A DNA stretch of 64,000 bases from Oscillospiraceae bacterium (GTDB lineage Bacteria; Bacillota; Clostridia; Oscillospirales; Ruminococcaceae): NCBI GenBank assembly GCA_036653595.1, contig JAVVTQ010000006.1:2353-66352 (forward strand). The letters are read 5' to 3'. This document shows, one piece after another, positions 39,313 to 47,168 of this stretch (positions within the stretch are counted from its first letter, which is position 1; every line of letters begins with the position of its first letter). Made by a program: the position numbers and the translations under genes. Below the pieces are notes generated by a model. The model saw only the letters and a program-made list of their open reading frames with translations. It did no database searches and was not told the origin of the DNA.

Positions 39313-40104
39313 ATGGCAAAGTTCGCGACGCTATACAGCGGAAGCTCCGGCAACTGCACGGCGGTATATGAAAAAGGGAAAGCAATATTGATCGATATGG
39401 GGGCGAGCTGCAAGCGAACGGTCGGCGCGCTTCAAATACTTGGGCTGTCGGCCGACGACGTCGAGGCCGTATTTGTCACACACGAGCACTCGGACCATAT
39501 CGCGGGGCTTGCGATATTTCTAAAATACCACAAGGTGCCCCTTTACACCAGCGCGGCGACGCTGTCATATCTGAAGCTGCATGCGCTTATTCCAAAAGAC
39601 TGTGAGTGTCACGCAATCGACGGTGCAGACCTTGTCACGGTGGGGCCGTTCTCGGTGCGCGCATTTTGCACAAGCCATGACAGCGCAGATTGCTGCGGTT
39701 ACAGGATTGCGCTTCCCTCAGGAGGAGAGATTGCCGTGGCAACCGACCTCGGGGTTGTCTCGGAGGATGTTTATGACAATATCAGCGGCTGCGAGCTCGT
39801 CGCACTTGAGTCGAATTATGATGAGAACATGCTTCGCTTCGGGCCATATCCCGCGTATCTCAAAGCGCGCATAATGTCTTCGCAGGGACATCTTTCAAAT
39901 TCGGACTGCGCTAAAACGGCGGCGAGACTTGCCGAATCAGGAACAAAAAGGCTGGTGCTGATGCATTTGAGCAAGGAGAACAACGAGCCGCAAATCGCAC
40001 TGACTTCGTGTTTTTCGATGCTTGAAAACTATGGCTTTTCACAGGAGGACTTTTGCGTCTACATAGCGCCCAGAAACGATGTCGGCGAAATACTGGAGCT
40101 TTGA
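39313..40104 (+). CDS. MBL-fold metallo-hydrolase (YycJ/WalJ-like)
   Basis: MAKFATLYSGSSGNC....ILIDMG and THEHSDHIAGL. The ATG follows GGGAGAG. Confidence 0.85.
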   Translation: MAKFATLYSGSSGNCTAVYEKGKAILIDMGASCKRTVGALQILGLSADDVEAVFVTHEHSDHIAGLAIFLKYHKVPLYTSAATLSYLKLHALIPKDCECHAIDGADLVTVGPFSVRAFCTSHDSADCCGYRIALPSGGEIAVATDLGVVSEDVYDNISGCELVALESNYDENMLRFGPYPAYLKARIMSSQGHLSNSDCAKTAARLAESGTKRLVLMHLSKENNEPQIALTSCFSMLENYGFSQEDFCVYIAPRNDVGEILEL

Positions 40105-40116
40105 GGGAGGGTAAAT

Positions 40117-40596
40117 ATGCTGACTATTGAGATAATTTGCGTTGGAAAGCTAAACCAATCCTTTCTGGCCGACGGCTGTGCGGAGTATGTCAAGCGCCTC
40201 ATGCCCTTTACAAAAATCCTCTTGACAGAGCTGCCCGAGGAAAAGCTGCAAAGCTCCAATAGGGGCGCAGAGCTGCAAGTGATTGACAAAGAGAGCGACA
40301 GGATTCTAGCACGGCTTGCAAAGACACGGGCACACTGCGCGGCGCTCTGCGTAGAGGGCGAGCAGAAATCGAGCGAGGAACTTGCGCAATATCTCGAAAA
40401 GGTGTCGATGAATTTTTCGCACCTGACATTTGTCATCGGGGGGTCCTTGGGACTGTCGCAGAAGCTCAAAGAGAGCGCCGACATAAGGCTCTCCATGTCA
40501 AAAATGACATTTCCCCACCAGCTGGCGCGGCTTATGCTCCTAGAGCAGCTGTACAGAGCTGTGACAATCAACGAGAACATAAAATATCACAAATGA
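40117..40596 (+). CDS. rlmH: 23S rRNA (pseudouridine1915-N3)-methyltransferase
   Basis: 159 aa SPOUT protein. IICVGKL, FVIGGSLGLS and MTFPHQLARLMLLEQLYRA. Confidence 0.92.
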   Translation: MLTIEIICVGKLNQSFLADGCAEYVKRLMPFTKILLTELPEEKLQSSNRGAELQVIDKESDRILARLAKTRAHCAALCVEGEQKSSEELAQYLEKVSMNFSHLTFVIGGSLGLSQKLKESADIRLSMSKMTFPHQLARLMLLEQLYRAVTINENIKYHK

Positions 40597-40604
40597 GGTT
40601 GACT

Positions 40605-42317
40605 ATGAACTGCGATATTCTTTTTTATAATGGAACGATATTCAACACCACTTTCAAAAAATTCTACAATGGCTTTTTTGCAACAAGGGACGGCTGCGTG
40701 CTGAGAATGGGCGAGGGGGAGCCACCCGCTTCGCTCGACGCCAAGCAAAAGGTCAATCTGCGAAAAAAAACCGTTGTGCCGGGACTTATTGATGTGCATA
40801 TGCACATCGAGAGCAGTATGCTTGTGCCGCTCTGCTTTGCCGACGAGCTTGTCAAGCACGGTATCACGACGATAGTGAGCGAACCGCACGAGATGGCAAA
40901 CGTGGCCGGCGCAGACGGAATATTCGCCATGATAAACGCCGGAAAAGGAGCGCCGTTGGATATATATTACGGCGCGCCAAGCTCTGTTCCCTCGACAAGC
41001 CTCGAGCTTGAGACGACGGGTGGCGTTATCGACACGGAGGATTTGGCCGCGCTGCTCGCAAACCCGGACGTAAAATGCCTCGGAGAGGTCATGAACACGC
41101 GAGATGTCGTGTACAACAAGAGCGGAAAAACGAACGGTATAATTCGCGAATTCAAACGTCTCGACCCGCGTCTGCCCAGAGAGGGTCACTGTCCGCGTCT
41201 CGTCGGTGACGAGCTTGCGGAATATCTTTTTGAGGGCGTGGATTCAGACCACACAGACCACACCATGGAGGAGTTTAAAGAGAGATATTTCAACGGTATG
41301 TTTGTTGAAATTCAGGACAAGACACTGACCAAGGAGCTTGTGGATTATGTCGAGAAAAATGATTTATACACAGACACTGCGCTTGTAACTGACGATGTCA
41401 TGGCTGATGAATTTGTCAGAGACGGTGGTCTTGACTATATCGTAAGGCGCGCGATTGCGCTGGGAATGAGCCCCGAGAACGCGATATACTGCGCTACAAA
41501 GACCCCGGCTGTCAGGATGCTTTTAAATGACCGCGGCGACCTGCGTCCCGGAAAGCTGGCCGATTTTGCGGTGCTGTCAGATTTAAATGCCTTTTGTGTC
41601 GAACAGACATATAAAAAAGGGAACTGTGTTTTTGACAGAGAGTCACACGAGGAGAAAAAACGCGGAAGACCGTCGTTTGACGAAAGCTATTTTCATTCGG
41701 TTAAGCTCGAAAAAATAGGCGAAGATGATTTTACTATAGAGTGTGCCAAAGAGCGCGCGCAGTGCCGCGTAATAGAAACATGCAGTGACTCCACTGCCAC
41801 GCGCATGGTGCTTTGCGACATGAAGTCGGTCGGGGGGCAGCTGCTCTGGGAAAACAGTGAAATTCTTCAAGTAAAGGTCTTCGAGCGCTATGGCATCAAC
41901 AAAAACAGCGCCTGCGGCCTTGTGACGGGTGCTCTGATAAAGCACGGCGCAATTGCGTCGACATATTGCCATGACCATCATAATCTGATTGTCGCAGGCT
42001 CCACAAAGTGCGATATGGCGATTGCCTCTAACTGTGTCATCGAAATGAGCGGCGGGCTGGCGGTCGTCTTGGACGGAAAGGTCATCGCAAAGGCGGCTCT
42101 GCCCATCGGCGGAATATTGAGCGACAAACCGGCCGTCGAATTTGCAAAGGATATCGAGAATGTGACGGCGGCGATGAGGTCGCTCGGCTATGACCACTAT
42201 GATCCCATCATGAGCTTCTGCACGCTGTCGCTGCCTGTCAGCCCGGACCTCAAGATAACAGATGTCGGACTTATTGAGGTCAAGACACAGAAAAAAGTCG
42301 ATTTATTTGTAGAATAG
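40605..42317 (+). CDS. ade: Adenine deaminase
   Basis: PGLIDVHMHIESSM and the amidohydrolase fold, plus the C-terminal adenine deaminase domain (HDHHNLIVAG). Confidence 0.88.
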   Translation: MNCDILFYNGTIFNTTFKKFYNGFFATRDGCVLRMGEGEPPASLDAKQKVNLRKKTVVPGLIDVHMHIESSMLVPLCFADELVKHGITTIVSEPHEMANVAGADGIFAMINAGKGAPLDIYYGAPSSVPSTSLELETTGGVIDTEDLAALLANPDVKCLGEVMNTRDVVYNKSGKTNGIIREFKRLDPRLPREGHCPRLVGDELAEYLFEGVDSDHTDHTMEEFKERYFNGMFVEIQDKTLTKELVDYVEKNDLYTDTALVTDDVMADEFVRDGGLDYIVRRAIALGMSPENAIYCATKTPAVRMLLNDRGDLRPGKLADFAVLSDLNAFCVEQTYKKGNCVFDRESHEEKKRGRPSFDESYFHSVKLEKIGEDDFTIECAKERAQCRVIETCSDSTATRMVLCDMKSVGGQLLWENSEILQVKVFERYGINKNSACGLVTGALIKHGAIASTYCHDHHNLIVAGSTKCDMAIASNCVIEMSGGLAVVLDGKVIAKAALPIGGILSDKPAVEFAKDIENVTAAMRSLGYDHYDPIMSFCTLSLPVSPDLKITDVGLIEVKTQKKVDLFVE

Positions 42318-42530
42318 AATATACAATTTGTAATAATCATCAAAATAACACGGAAATTGTCTCCCCTGCACAGAATATGAGGCTTATTTGAAGATACCGC
42401 TGACTTCGCCATGTGATAATCGGCGTATCAAGGGAAAGCGCGCTTGTCGCGGGACAAATATGATTAAGAATAAAAAGTCCTCACCGCCCGGCAATATTGC
42501 GAGCAACGGCAAAAAAACGAATTGCAAATA

Positions 42531-42578
42531 AAAATCACCTCCGAAAGCAGAACAGAAGCTGCGTTTGGAGGTGATTTT
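42531..42578. other. Long imperfect hairpin in a 468-nt non-coding gap
   Basis: AAAATCACCTCC (42531-42542) pairs perfectly with GGAGGTGATTTT (42567-42578). An inner GCAG/CTGC stem is also present. On the minus strand the hairpin is followed by TTTTTATTT, so it could act as a minus-strand terminator. Confidence 0.6.
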
Positions 42579-42806
42579 AGCATGGGAAAAAGGAATGGGA
42601 CAGTTGCGATAGGGCCGTAAAATAGAAAGAGAGTGCCTGGTGGCGGCAAAGTGCGCGGACGAATCAACGCGGTCAATTTGCAAAAAAAGCCGCATAAGCT
42701 CAAGCGGGCGCCGAAAATCAGGCAGCGGGCGGACTCTTTGAGAATGGAGCGGCGCGCCGACACATATATATAAAACACCAAGGACATGAATTTGAGGGGT
42801 GTTTTG

Positions 42807-43373
42807 ATGTTTGCAGCTTCTGTAGGGAAAAAACAGCTCGGAAAAGTTATTTTTCTGCTGGTTATTGTGGTAGTCGTCGGACTTGTGGCGATAACCGTGA
42901 TAGGGAAAATTAAGGATAAAAAAGATGCGTCTGCCGACATAATGGGTGAAACGGCCGAGCAGCGCGTGGAATATTTGCTTTCGCTGGGCGTTCAGGTTGA
43001 CACGACAAGCGCGGTGGCAGAGGTTCTGGTGCCAAAGGAATTTGACGAAAGATTTATAGAATACAACACAATGCTTTTGTCGACAGGCTTCGACCTCTCT
43101 TCATACAAGGGCGAAACCGTCAAGAAATGCACGTTCACCGTCACAAATAAGCCGGAGATGGGCGCCAATGTGAAGGCGGTTTTGCTGGTTCATGAGGGGA
43201 AAATAATTGCCGGACATCTGCTGGACGCCACCTCGGCAAAGATTTATCCGATATATCAGGTATCGTCACCTCCTGCAGAGGAGACAATACTTCCGCAGGC
43301 GGCTGCACAAACCTCCGGCGTGCCGTCCTCAGAGACAGAGACGTCCGCAGAGCTTAAATGCCCCACGGACTGA
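42807..43373 (+). CDS. DUF4830-like membrane-anchored protein
   Basis: An N-terminal TM segment is followed by EQRVEYLLSLGVQVD...VLVPKEFDERFIEYN, as in DUF4830 proteins. The ATG at 42807 follows GAGGGG. The ORF could instead start at 42786. Confidence 0.65.
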   Translation: MFAASVGKKQLGKVIFLLVIVVVVGLVAITVIGKIKDKKDASADIMGETAEQRVEYLLSLGVQVDTTSAVAEVLVPKEFDERFIEYNTMLLSTGFDLSSYKGETVKKCTFTVTNKPEMGANVKAVLLVHEGKIIAGHLLDATSAKIYPIYQVSSPPAEETILPQAAAQTSGVPSSETETSAELKCPTD

Positions 43374-43414
43374 GTAAAGCTAGGTCAAAAACAGGCCGAA
43401 GCGATTAGTCGCTG

Positions 43415-43463
43415 TAAAAAAGCTGAAGGCTGCTGCGCCGTGAATGCATGCGAAACAGCCTTC
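43415..43463 (-). terminator. Intrinsic terminator downstream of the cyclophilin gene
   Basis: GAAGGCTG...CAGCCTTC stem with a T6 run on the minus strand. Confidence 0.55.
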
Positions 43464-43521
43464 TCACTTCGGCAAAACATTCAAGCGCGGCTGCCGCCTT
43501 TATGTCATGCGGCAACAGAAA

Positions 43522-44211
43522 CTATTTTTTTTCGTAGACTTCGATGGTTATCTTTTTTATCGTAACATCTGTCAGAGGACGCGAGTATTTGTCAGTGCCT
43601 TTTTTTGAAATGGAGTCGACGATGTCAAGCCCATCGTACACCTGTCCGAACACGGTATAACGAAAATCAAGCGTGGGCTGTCCTCCGTTTTTTTTGTATG
43701 CAGCTATGCAGTCGGCAGAATAGCCCGCGGCCTCCATCTGAGCGGCAAGCTCTTCTGATACGGTGCCACCCGCGACGAAATAAAACTGACTTTTGTTCTG
43801 GTCGGTCTGGGCGTTTGCCATGCACAGCGCACCGAGATAATGGTGCGCCTCATTTGAATACTCATTTGCAAAGGGGAGCTTAGAGGCGCTCTCTCCGCCC
43901 TTGCCCGTGCGCGTTGGGTCGCCGGATTGAATCACAAAATCCTCGATGACGCGGTGAAAGATAACGCCGTCGTAGTAACCGTTTTTTACGTGTTTTTTGA
44001 AATTGCTGACGGCGGCCGGAGCGTACTTTGGAAAAAGCACGGCCTTGATTATTCCCTCGCTTGTATCAAATACCGCCACAACATCTCCCGAATTAGGGCG
44101 TGCAAGCTGGTCGACCGTCTCCGAAACCTCCAAATCCGGCGTCTTTTTACAAGACGACAATGAAAATAACACAGATAAAGCAAGTAAAAACGCGATAATT
44201 TTTCTTTTCAT
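43522..44211 (-). CDS. Cyclophilin-type peptidylprolyl isomerase, lipoprotein
   Basis: Lipobox LSSC. FHRVIEDFVIQSGDP..TGKGGES and QFYFV motifs. Confidence 0.9.
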   Translation of the reverse strand: MKRKIIAFLLALSVLFSLSSCKKTPDLEVSETVDQLARPNSGDVVAVFDTSEGIIKAVLFPKYAPAAVSNFKKHVKNGYYDGVIFHRVIEDFVIQSGDPTRTGKGGESASKLPFANEYSNEAHHYLGALCMANAQTDQNKSQFYFVAGGTVSEELAAQMEAAGYSADCIAAYKKNGGQPTLDFRYTVFGQVYDGLDIVDSISKKGTDKYSRPLTDVTIKKITIEVYEKK

Positions 44212-44358
44212 AGCACACCTCGATTAGAAACGACAATATATGTCAATCTAATTCTAAATAATTATCTTCATAATAGCAACACTTTTATTTGACTTGCGAC
44301 AAACAAAAGTTGTAGTATTATAGTACCGAAATTAATCACAAGGAGTCAACGTACCGAG

Positions 44359-44718
44359 ATGGATAAAGAAAAGGACCTAAAGCACGAGTGCGACAGCGAG
44401 TGTAACTGTGAGGATGAAGAATGCATGGTCGACCTCATCACTCTGACTGATGAGGACGGCGTAGAGCATACCTTTGAGATAGTTGACACTCTCGAAAAGG
44501 ACAACGAGAGCTATATGGCACTCGTCACCTCCAGCGAGAACCCGGACGAATACCTCGAGGACGACGGCAATCTCATTATTATGAAGGTTGTCGGAGAAGA
44601 GGACGGCGAGGATATTCTCGCAACAATCGACGACGACGATGAGTTTGAAAAAATCAGCGAAATATTTATGGACAGACTTTCTGATTTATTTGAATTTGAC
44701 GACGATACCGAGGAATAA
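44359..44718 (+). CDS. DUF1292 domain protein
   Basis: An acidic 119-aa protein. ITLTDEDGVEHTFEIVDTLE...YMALV is the DUF1292 core. Confidence 0.75.
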   Translation: MDKEKDLKHECDSECNCEDEECMVDLITLTDEDGVEHTFEIVDTLEKDNESYMALVTSSENPDEYLEDDGNLIIMKVVGEEDGEDILATIDDDDEFEKISEIFMDRLSDLFEFDDDTEE

Positions 44719-44814
44719 TAAGAGCGTGACCGAGAAAGCGGCTGCTACACTGCGGCTGAAATATCGGTAATGACAAAACGCCCTGCTTTGTGCGATTTGA
44801 TGCAGCATTTTTTA

Positions 44815-44925
44815 ATCCGACAAGTATTAGAATAGGGATTCCGGCGCTGATTGCGGACTGCATGCCCGTCACTGATGGGAAGCATGAAACATTCAGGAGG
44901 ATTTACCCGCCGTCTTACGACGGGT
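44815..44925 (+). ncRNA. Candidate cobalamin (B12) riboswitch-like element
   Basis: AATAGGGATTCCGGCGCTGATTGCGGACTGCATGCCCGTCACTGATGGGAAGC resembles the conserved core (AGGGAA..GGUG..AAUCC..GC.G.CCCGC.ACUG..GGGAAG). A B12-box-like CAGGAGG...CCCGCC follows. This is an alignment by eye only, and the match is imperfect. Confidence 0.4.
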
Positions 44926-44969
44926 TCTAAACTCGCTGCAGACGGCATTGCGGGGCGGCTGACAATGAG

Positions 44970-44992
44970 CTGCCGTTTTGTGCGGCAGTTTT
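44970..44992 (+). terminator. Intrinsic terminator (first of a tandem pair)
   Basis: CTGCCG-TTTTGTG-CGGCAG followed by TTTT. Confidence 0.6.
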
Positions 44993-44997
44993 GAAAA

Positions 44998-45036
44998 GGG
45001 GGCGCATCGCTTTACGGCGTGCAAGTCCCCCTTTTT
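44998..45036 (+). terminator. Intrinsic terminator (second of a tandem pair)
   Basis: GGGGG...CCCCC outer stem with an inner GC-rich pairing, followed by TTTTT. Confidence 0.65.
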
Positions 45037-45140
45037 AGTATACCGATTAATAAAACGAATCGACAAAGCCAAAATTAGCGTCAGGGCTCAAGTTGAACGT
45101 TTTCGGGTAAAGAAAAAATACAAACGCGTTTGGGAGTTAT

Positions 45141-45833
45141 ATGGATTGGCTTGACAGACAGAGAAGACTTATCGGAGCAGAGGCTACAAAGCGGCTGACA
45201 AAGGCCAGAGTAGCCGTTGTGGGACTGGGCGGCGTAGGCGGAGGAGCGGTGGAAGCGCTCGCTCGCTGCGGCATAGGTGCGCTCTTGGTCATGGACAGGG
45301 ATGTCTTTGATGTGACAAATCTAAACAGACAGCTTTTGGCCACTGACAAGACCATTGGAAAGAGCAAGGCCGAGACGGCCAAAGAGAGAATTCTGTCAAT
45401 CAATCCCAATTGCACCGTAACCGTGCTCGACAAGGAGCTTTGCGAAAAGACAGCGTCGGAGCTTTTTGATTTTTCGCCCGATTTCGTGATTGACGCCATA
45501 GATATGGTGTCGGCAAAGCTGCTGCTGATAGAGGAGTGCCGAGCGCGCGCCATAAGGCTTATCACCTGTCTTGGCACCGGCAACCGCACCGATGCAGGTG
45601 CATTCCGAACAGGCGACATATCGGAAACCTCGGGGACGGGAGACGCTCTGGCGCGCGTCATGCGGCACGAGCTGAGGAAGCGCGAAATCGCGGATGTCGC
45701 AGTGCTGTACAGCACTGCGGAGGCGCAAAAACCGCTCGGAGAGGATGCCAGAACGCCGTCCAGCATATCTTTTGTGCCGCCGGTCGCAGGCTTTTTGCTG
45801 GCGCAATATGTTGTGGGCGAGCTTATAAAATAA
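45141..45833 (+). CDS. tcdA: tRNA threonylcarbamoyladenosine dehydratase (ThiF/E1-like)
   Basis: RQRRLIGAEA...VAVVGLGGVGG.AVEALARCGIG, DVTNLNRQL and VIDAIDMVSAKLLLI. Confidence 0.85.
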   Translation: MDWLDRQRRLIGAEATKRLTKARVAVVGLGGVGGGAVEALARCGIGALLVMDRDVFDVTNLNRQLLATDKTIGKSKAETAKERILSINPNCTVTVLDKELCEKTASELFDFSPDFVIDAIDMVSAKLLLIEECRARAIRLITCLGTGNRTDAGAFRTGDISETSGTGDALARVMRHELRKREIADVAVLYSTAEAQKPLGEDARTPSSISFVPPVAGFLLAQYVVGELIK

Positions 45834-45847
45834 TATACATAAAAAAA

Positions 45848-45883
45848 GAACCTGTGCAGATACTATGCACGGGTTCTTTTTTT
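45848..45883 (+). terminator. Intrinsic terminator after tcdA
   Basis: GAACCTGTGCA-GATACTA-TGCACGGGTTC followed by T7. Confidence 0.85.
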
Positions 45884-45917
45884 GCGCTCAAAAATAGTCA
45901 TCAAGGCATGGTGCAGA

Positions 45918-46271
45918 ATGAAAGAAAAAGTGAAAATGGTTTTTGCCGGAGCTGTGAGCGGCTTGCTGAACGGACTTTTCGGGAGTGGCGGCGGTCTGGT
46001 CGCAGTGATGTTTTTGCGCTCTATGATAGGAGACGAGCAAAAAGCACATGCCTCTGCGACGCTGATGATACTAATAATGAGCCTTGTGAGCTTTGCTTTA
46101 TATCTGTCGGGCGGATTTGTGGAAATTTCGGAGGGCATAGTTTTTTTGCCCGGCGGGGTTGTCGGCGCGATACTCGGAGCGGCCTTTCTCAAAAATATCA
46201 GCTCTGATGTGCTGAGGCGCGTTTTTGGAGGCGCGATAGCGCTGTCGGGCGCCATCATGCTTTTTCGATGA
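45918..46271 (+). CDS. TSUP (TauE/SafE) family transporter, half-size protein 1
   Basis: About 117 aa with four TM segments. The motif is GLLNGLFGSGGGLV. The start is uncertain (45918 or 45936). The ORF start at 45882 lies inside the tcdA terminator. Confidence 0.7.
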   Translation: MKEKVKMVFAGAVSGLLNGLFGSGGGLVAVMFLRSMIGDEQKAHASATLMILIMSLVSFALYLSGGFVEISEGIVFLPGGVVGAILGAAFLKNISSDVLRRVFGGAIALSGAIMLFR

Positions 46272-46639
46272 GCTGGCTGCTCGCGAGTGCCGTCGGCGTT
46301 GCGGCAGGGATAATGGCGTCGATGGGGCTGGGCGGAGGTTTTGTACTTCTCGTGTATCTGACTCTTTTTACCGCGACAGAGCAGATGCAAGCGCAGGGCA
46401 TCAATCTTCTCTTTTTCATTCCGATAATAACCGTATCTGTTGCAATTCACCTCAAAAATAAGCTCATTGACGTGAAGACAGCGTTGATATGCGGGGGCAT
46501 CGGCGCGGTATTTGTCTTTGTCGGGTACTTTGCCGCGCGCGCCTTTGAAGGTGATATTCTGCGAAAGGCCTTTGCCGTATTTATAATTTTGGCCGGGATG
46601 AAAGAGCTGTTCTCGAAAAGCAAAAAAAACAAAGCATAG
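46268..46639 (+). CDS. TSUP (TauE/SafE) family transporter, half-size protein 2
   Basis: 123 aa with four TM segments. The motif is GIMASMGLGGGFVL. The ATGA overlaps the stop of half 1. Confidence 0.7.
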   Translation: MSWLLASAVGVAAGIMASMGLGGGFVLLVYLTLFTATEQMQAQGINLLFFIPIITVSVAIHLKNKLIDVKTALICGGIGAVFVFVGYFAARAFEGDILRKAFAVFIILAGMKELFSKSKKNKA

Positions 46640-46704
46640 CGCGTGCATAAGAGATTAAAAACTGCATAGGATTATTGAAGCGGCATAAAGGGTGGAGAAA
46701 AAAT

Positions 46705-46902
46705 ATGGCTGATTACAAAAAAATGTACACCAGGCTTTTCAACGAGGTGACCGACATCGTCGAGCGCTTGCAGCGCGCACAGCAAATCACAGAGGATATG
46801 TATATAGCGGCAAAACAAGAGGAGCTGGTTGTTTTTGAGGGCGGCGGTATAAAAAATATTTCAGTCAAAAGCGAAAAGGGTGTTGACAAATCCGATATAT
46901 GA
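46705..46902 (+). CDS. Small hypothetical protein (65 aa)
   Basis: The ATG at 46705 lies 7 nt after GGTGGAG. MADYKKMYTRLFNEVTDIVERLQRAQQITEDMYI looks helical. I recognise no family. Confidence 0.5.
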   Translation: MADYKKMYTRLFNEVTDIVERLQRAQQITEDMYIAAKQEELVVFEGGGIKNISVKSEKGVDKSDI

Positions 46903-46911
46903 AAATACACT
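46883..46911 (+). promoter_or_regulatory. Candidate promoter of the M-box/mgtE transcript
   Basis: TTGACA, a 17-nt spacer, then TACACT. It overlaps the 3-prime end of the small ORF. Confidence 0.5.
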
Positions 46912-46921
46912 GATAGTGAAG

Positions 46922-47080
46922 TAAATATCCGGTAGGTAAGGCTACCACAGGGATACGGGTTGCTGCCGCGAAAAAGTGGAGACACTTTGAGCTGGTCAAC
47001 AGGTTATGTCGAAACCAAGGCATAGTCTAATGCAATTTCACTGCCCTGCGAAGCTGAAGCTCGAACGGTGGCGTGCATAA
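46922..47080 (+). ncRNA. M-box (ykoK leader) magnesium riboswitch
   Basis: GGTAGGTAAGGCTACC...GGGATACGGGTTGCTGCCGCGAAAAAG...GAGCTGGTCAACAGG...TCGAAACCAAGGC...CTAATGCA...GAAGCTGAAGCTC closely tracks the B. subtilis mgtE leader consensus. It sits directly upstream of mgtE. Confidence 0.85.
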
Positions 47081-47106
47081 TGCGCGCAAAATGCATGGAC
47101 TCTAAG

Positions 47107-47141
47107 CCTGTGCCGCTGTTTGGGCGGTGCGGGATTTTTTA
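47107..47141 (+). terminator. M-box expression-platform terminator
   Basis: CCTGTGCCGC / GCGGTGCGGG stem containing G-U pairs, followed by ATTTTTT. It lies 28 nt upstream of the mgtE ATG. Confidence 0.7.
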
Positions 47142-47168
47142 TTATAATTATGGGAGGAGGACGGTAAA

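Noticed and set aside
42630-42690. c-di-GMP-I (GEMM)-like fragment GGCAAAG...GGACGAATCAACGCGG
   Set aside because: Only two short patches resemble the motif. The P1/P2 helices and the tetraloop-receptor elements cannot be drawn. The similarity is too weak to call.
42384-42940. Minus-strand ORFs of 103 and 158 aa in the ade/DUF4830 intergenic region
   Set aside because: They have implausible composition, run through the strong hairpin and overlap the DUF4830 start. No SD is present. The region is treated as non-coding.
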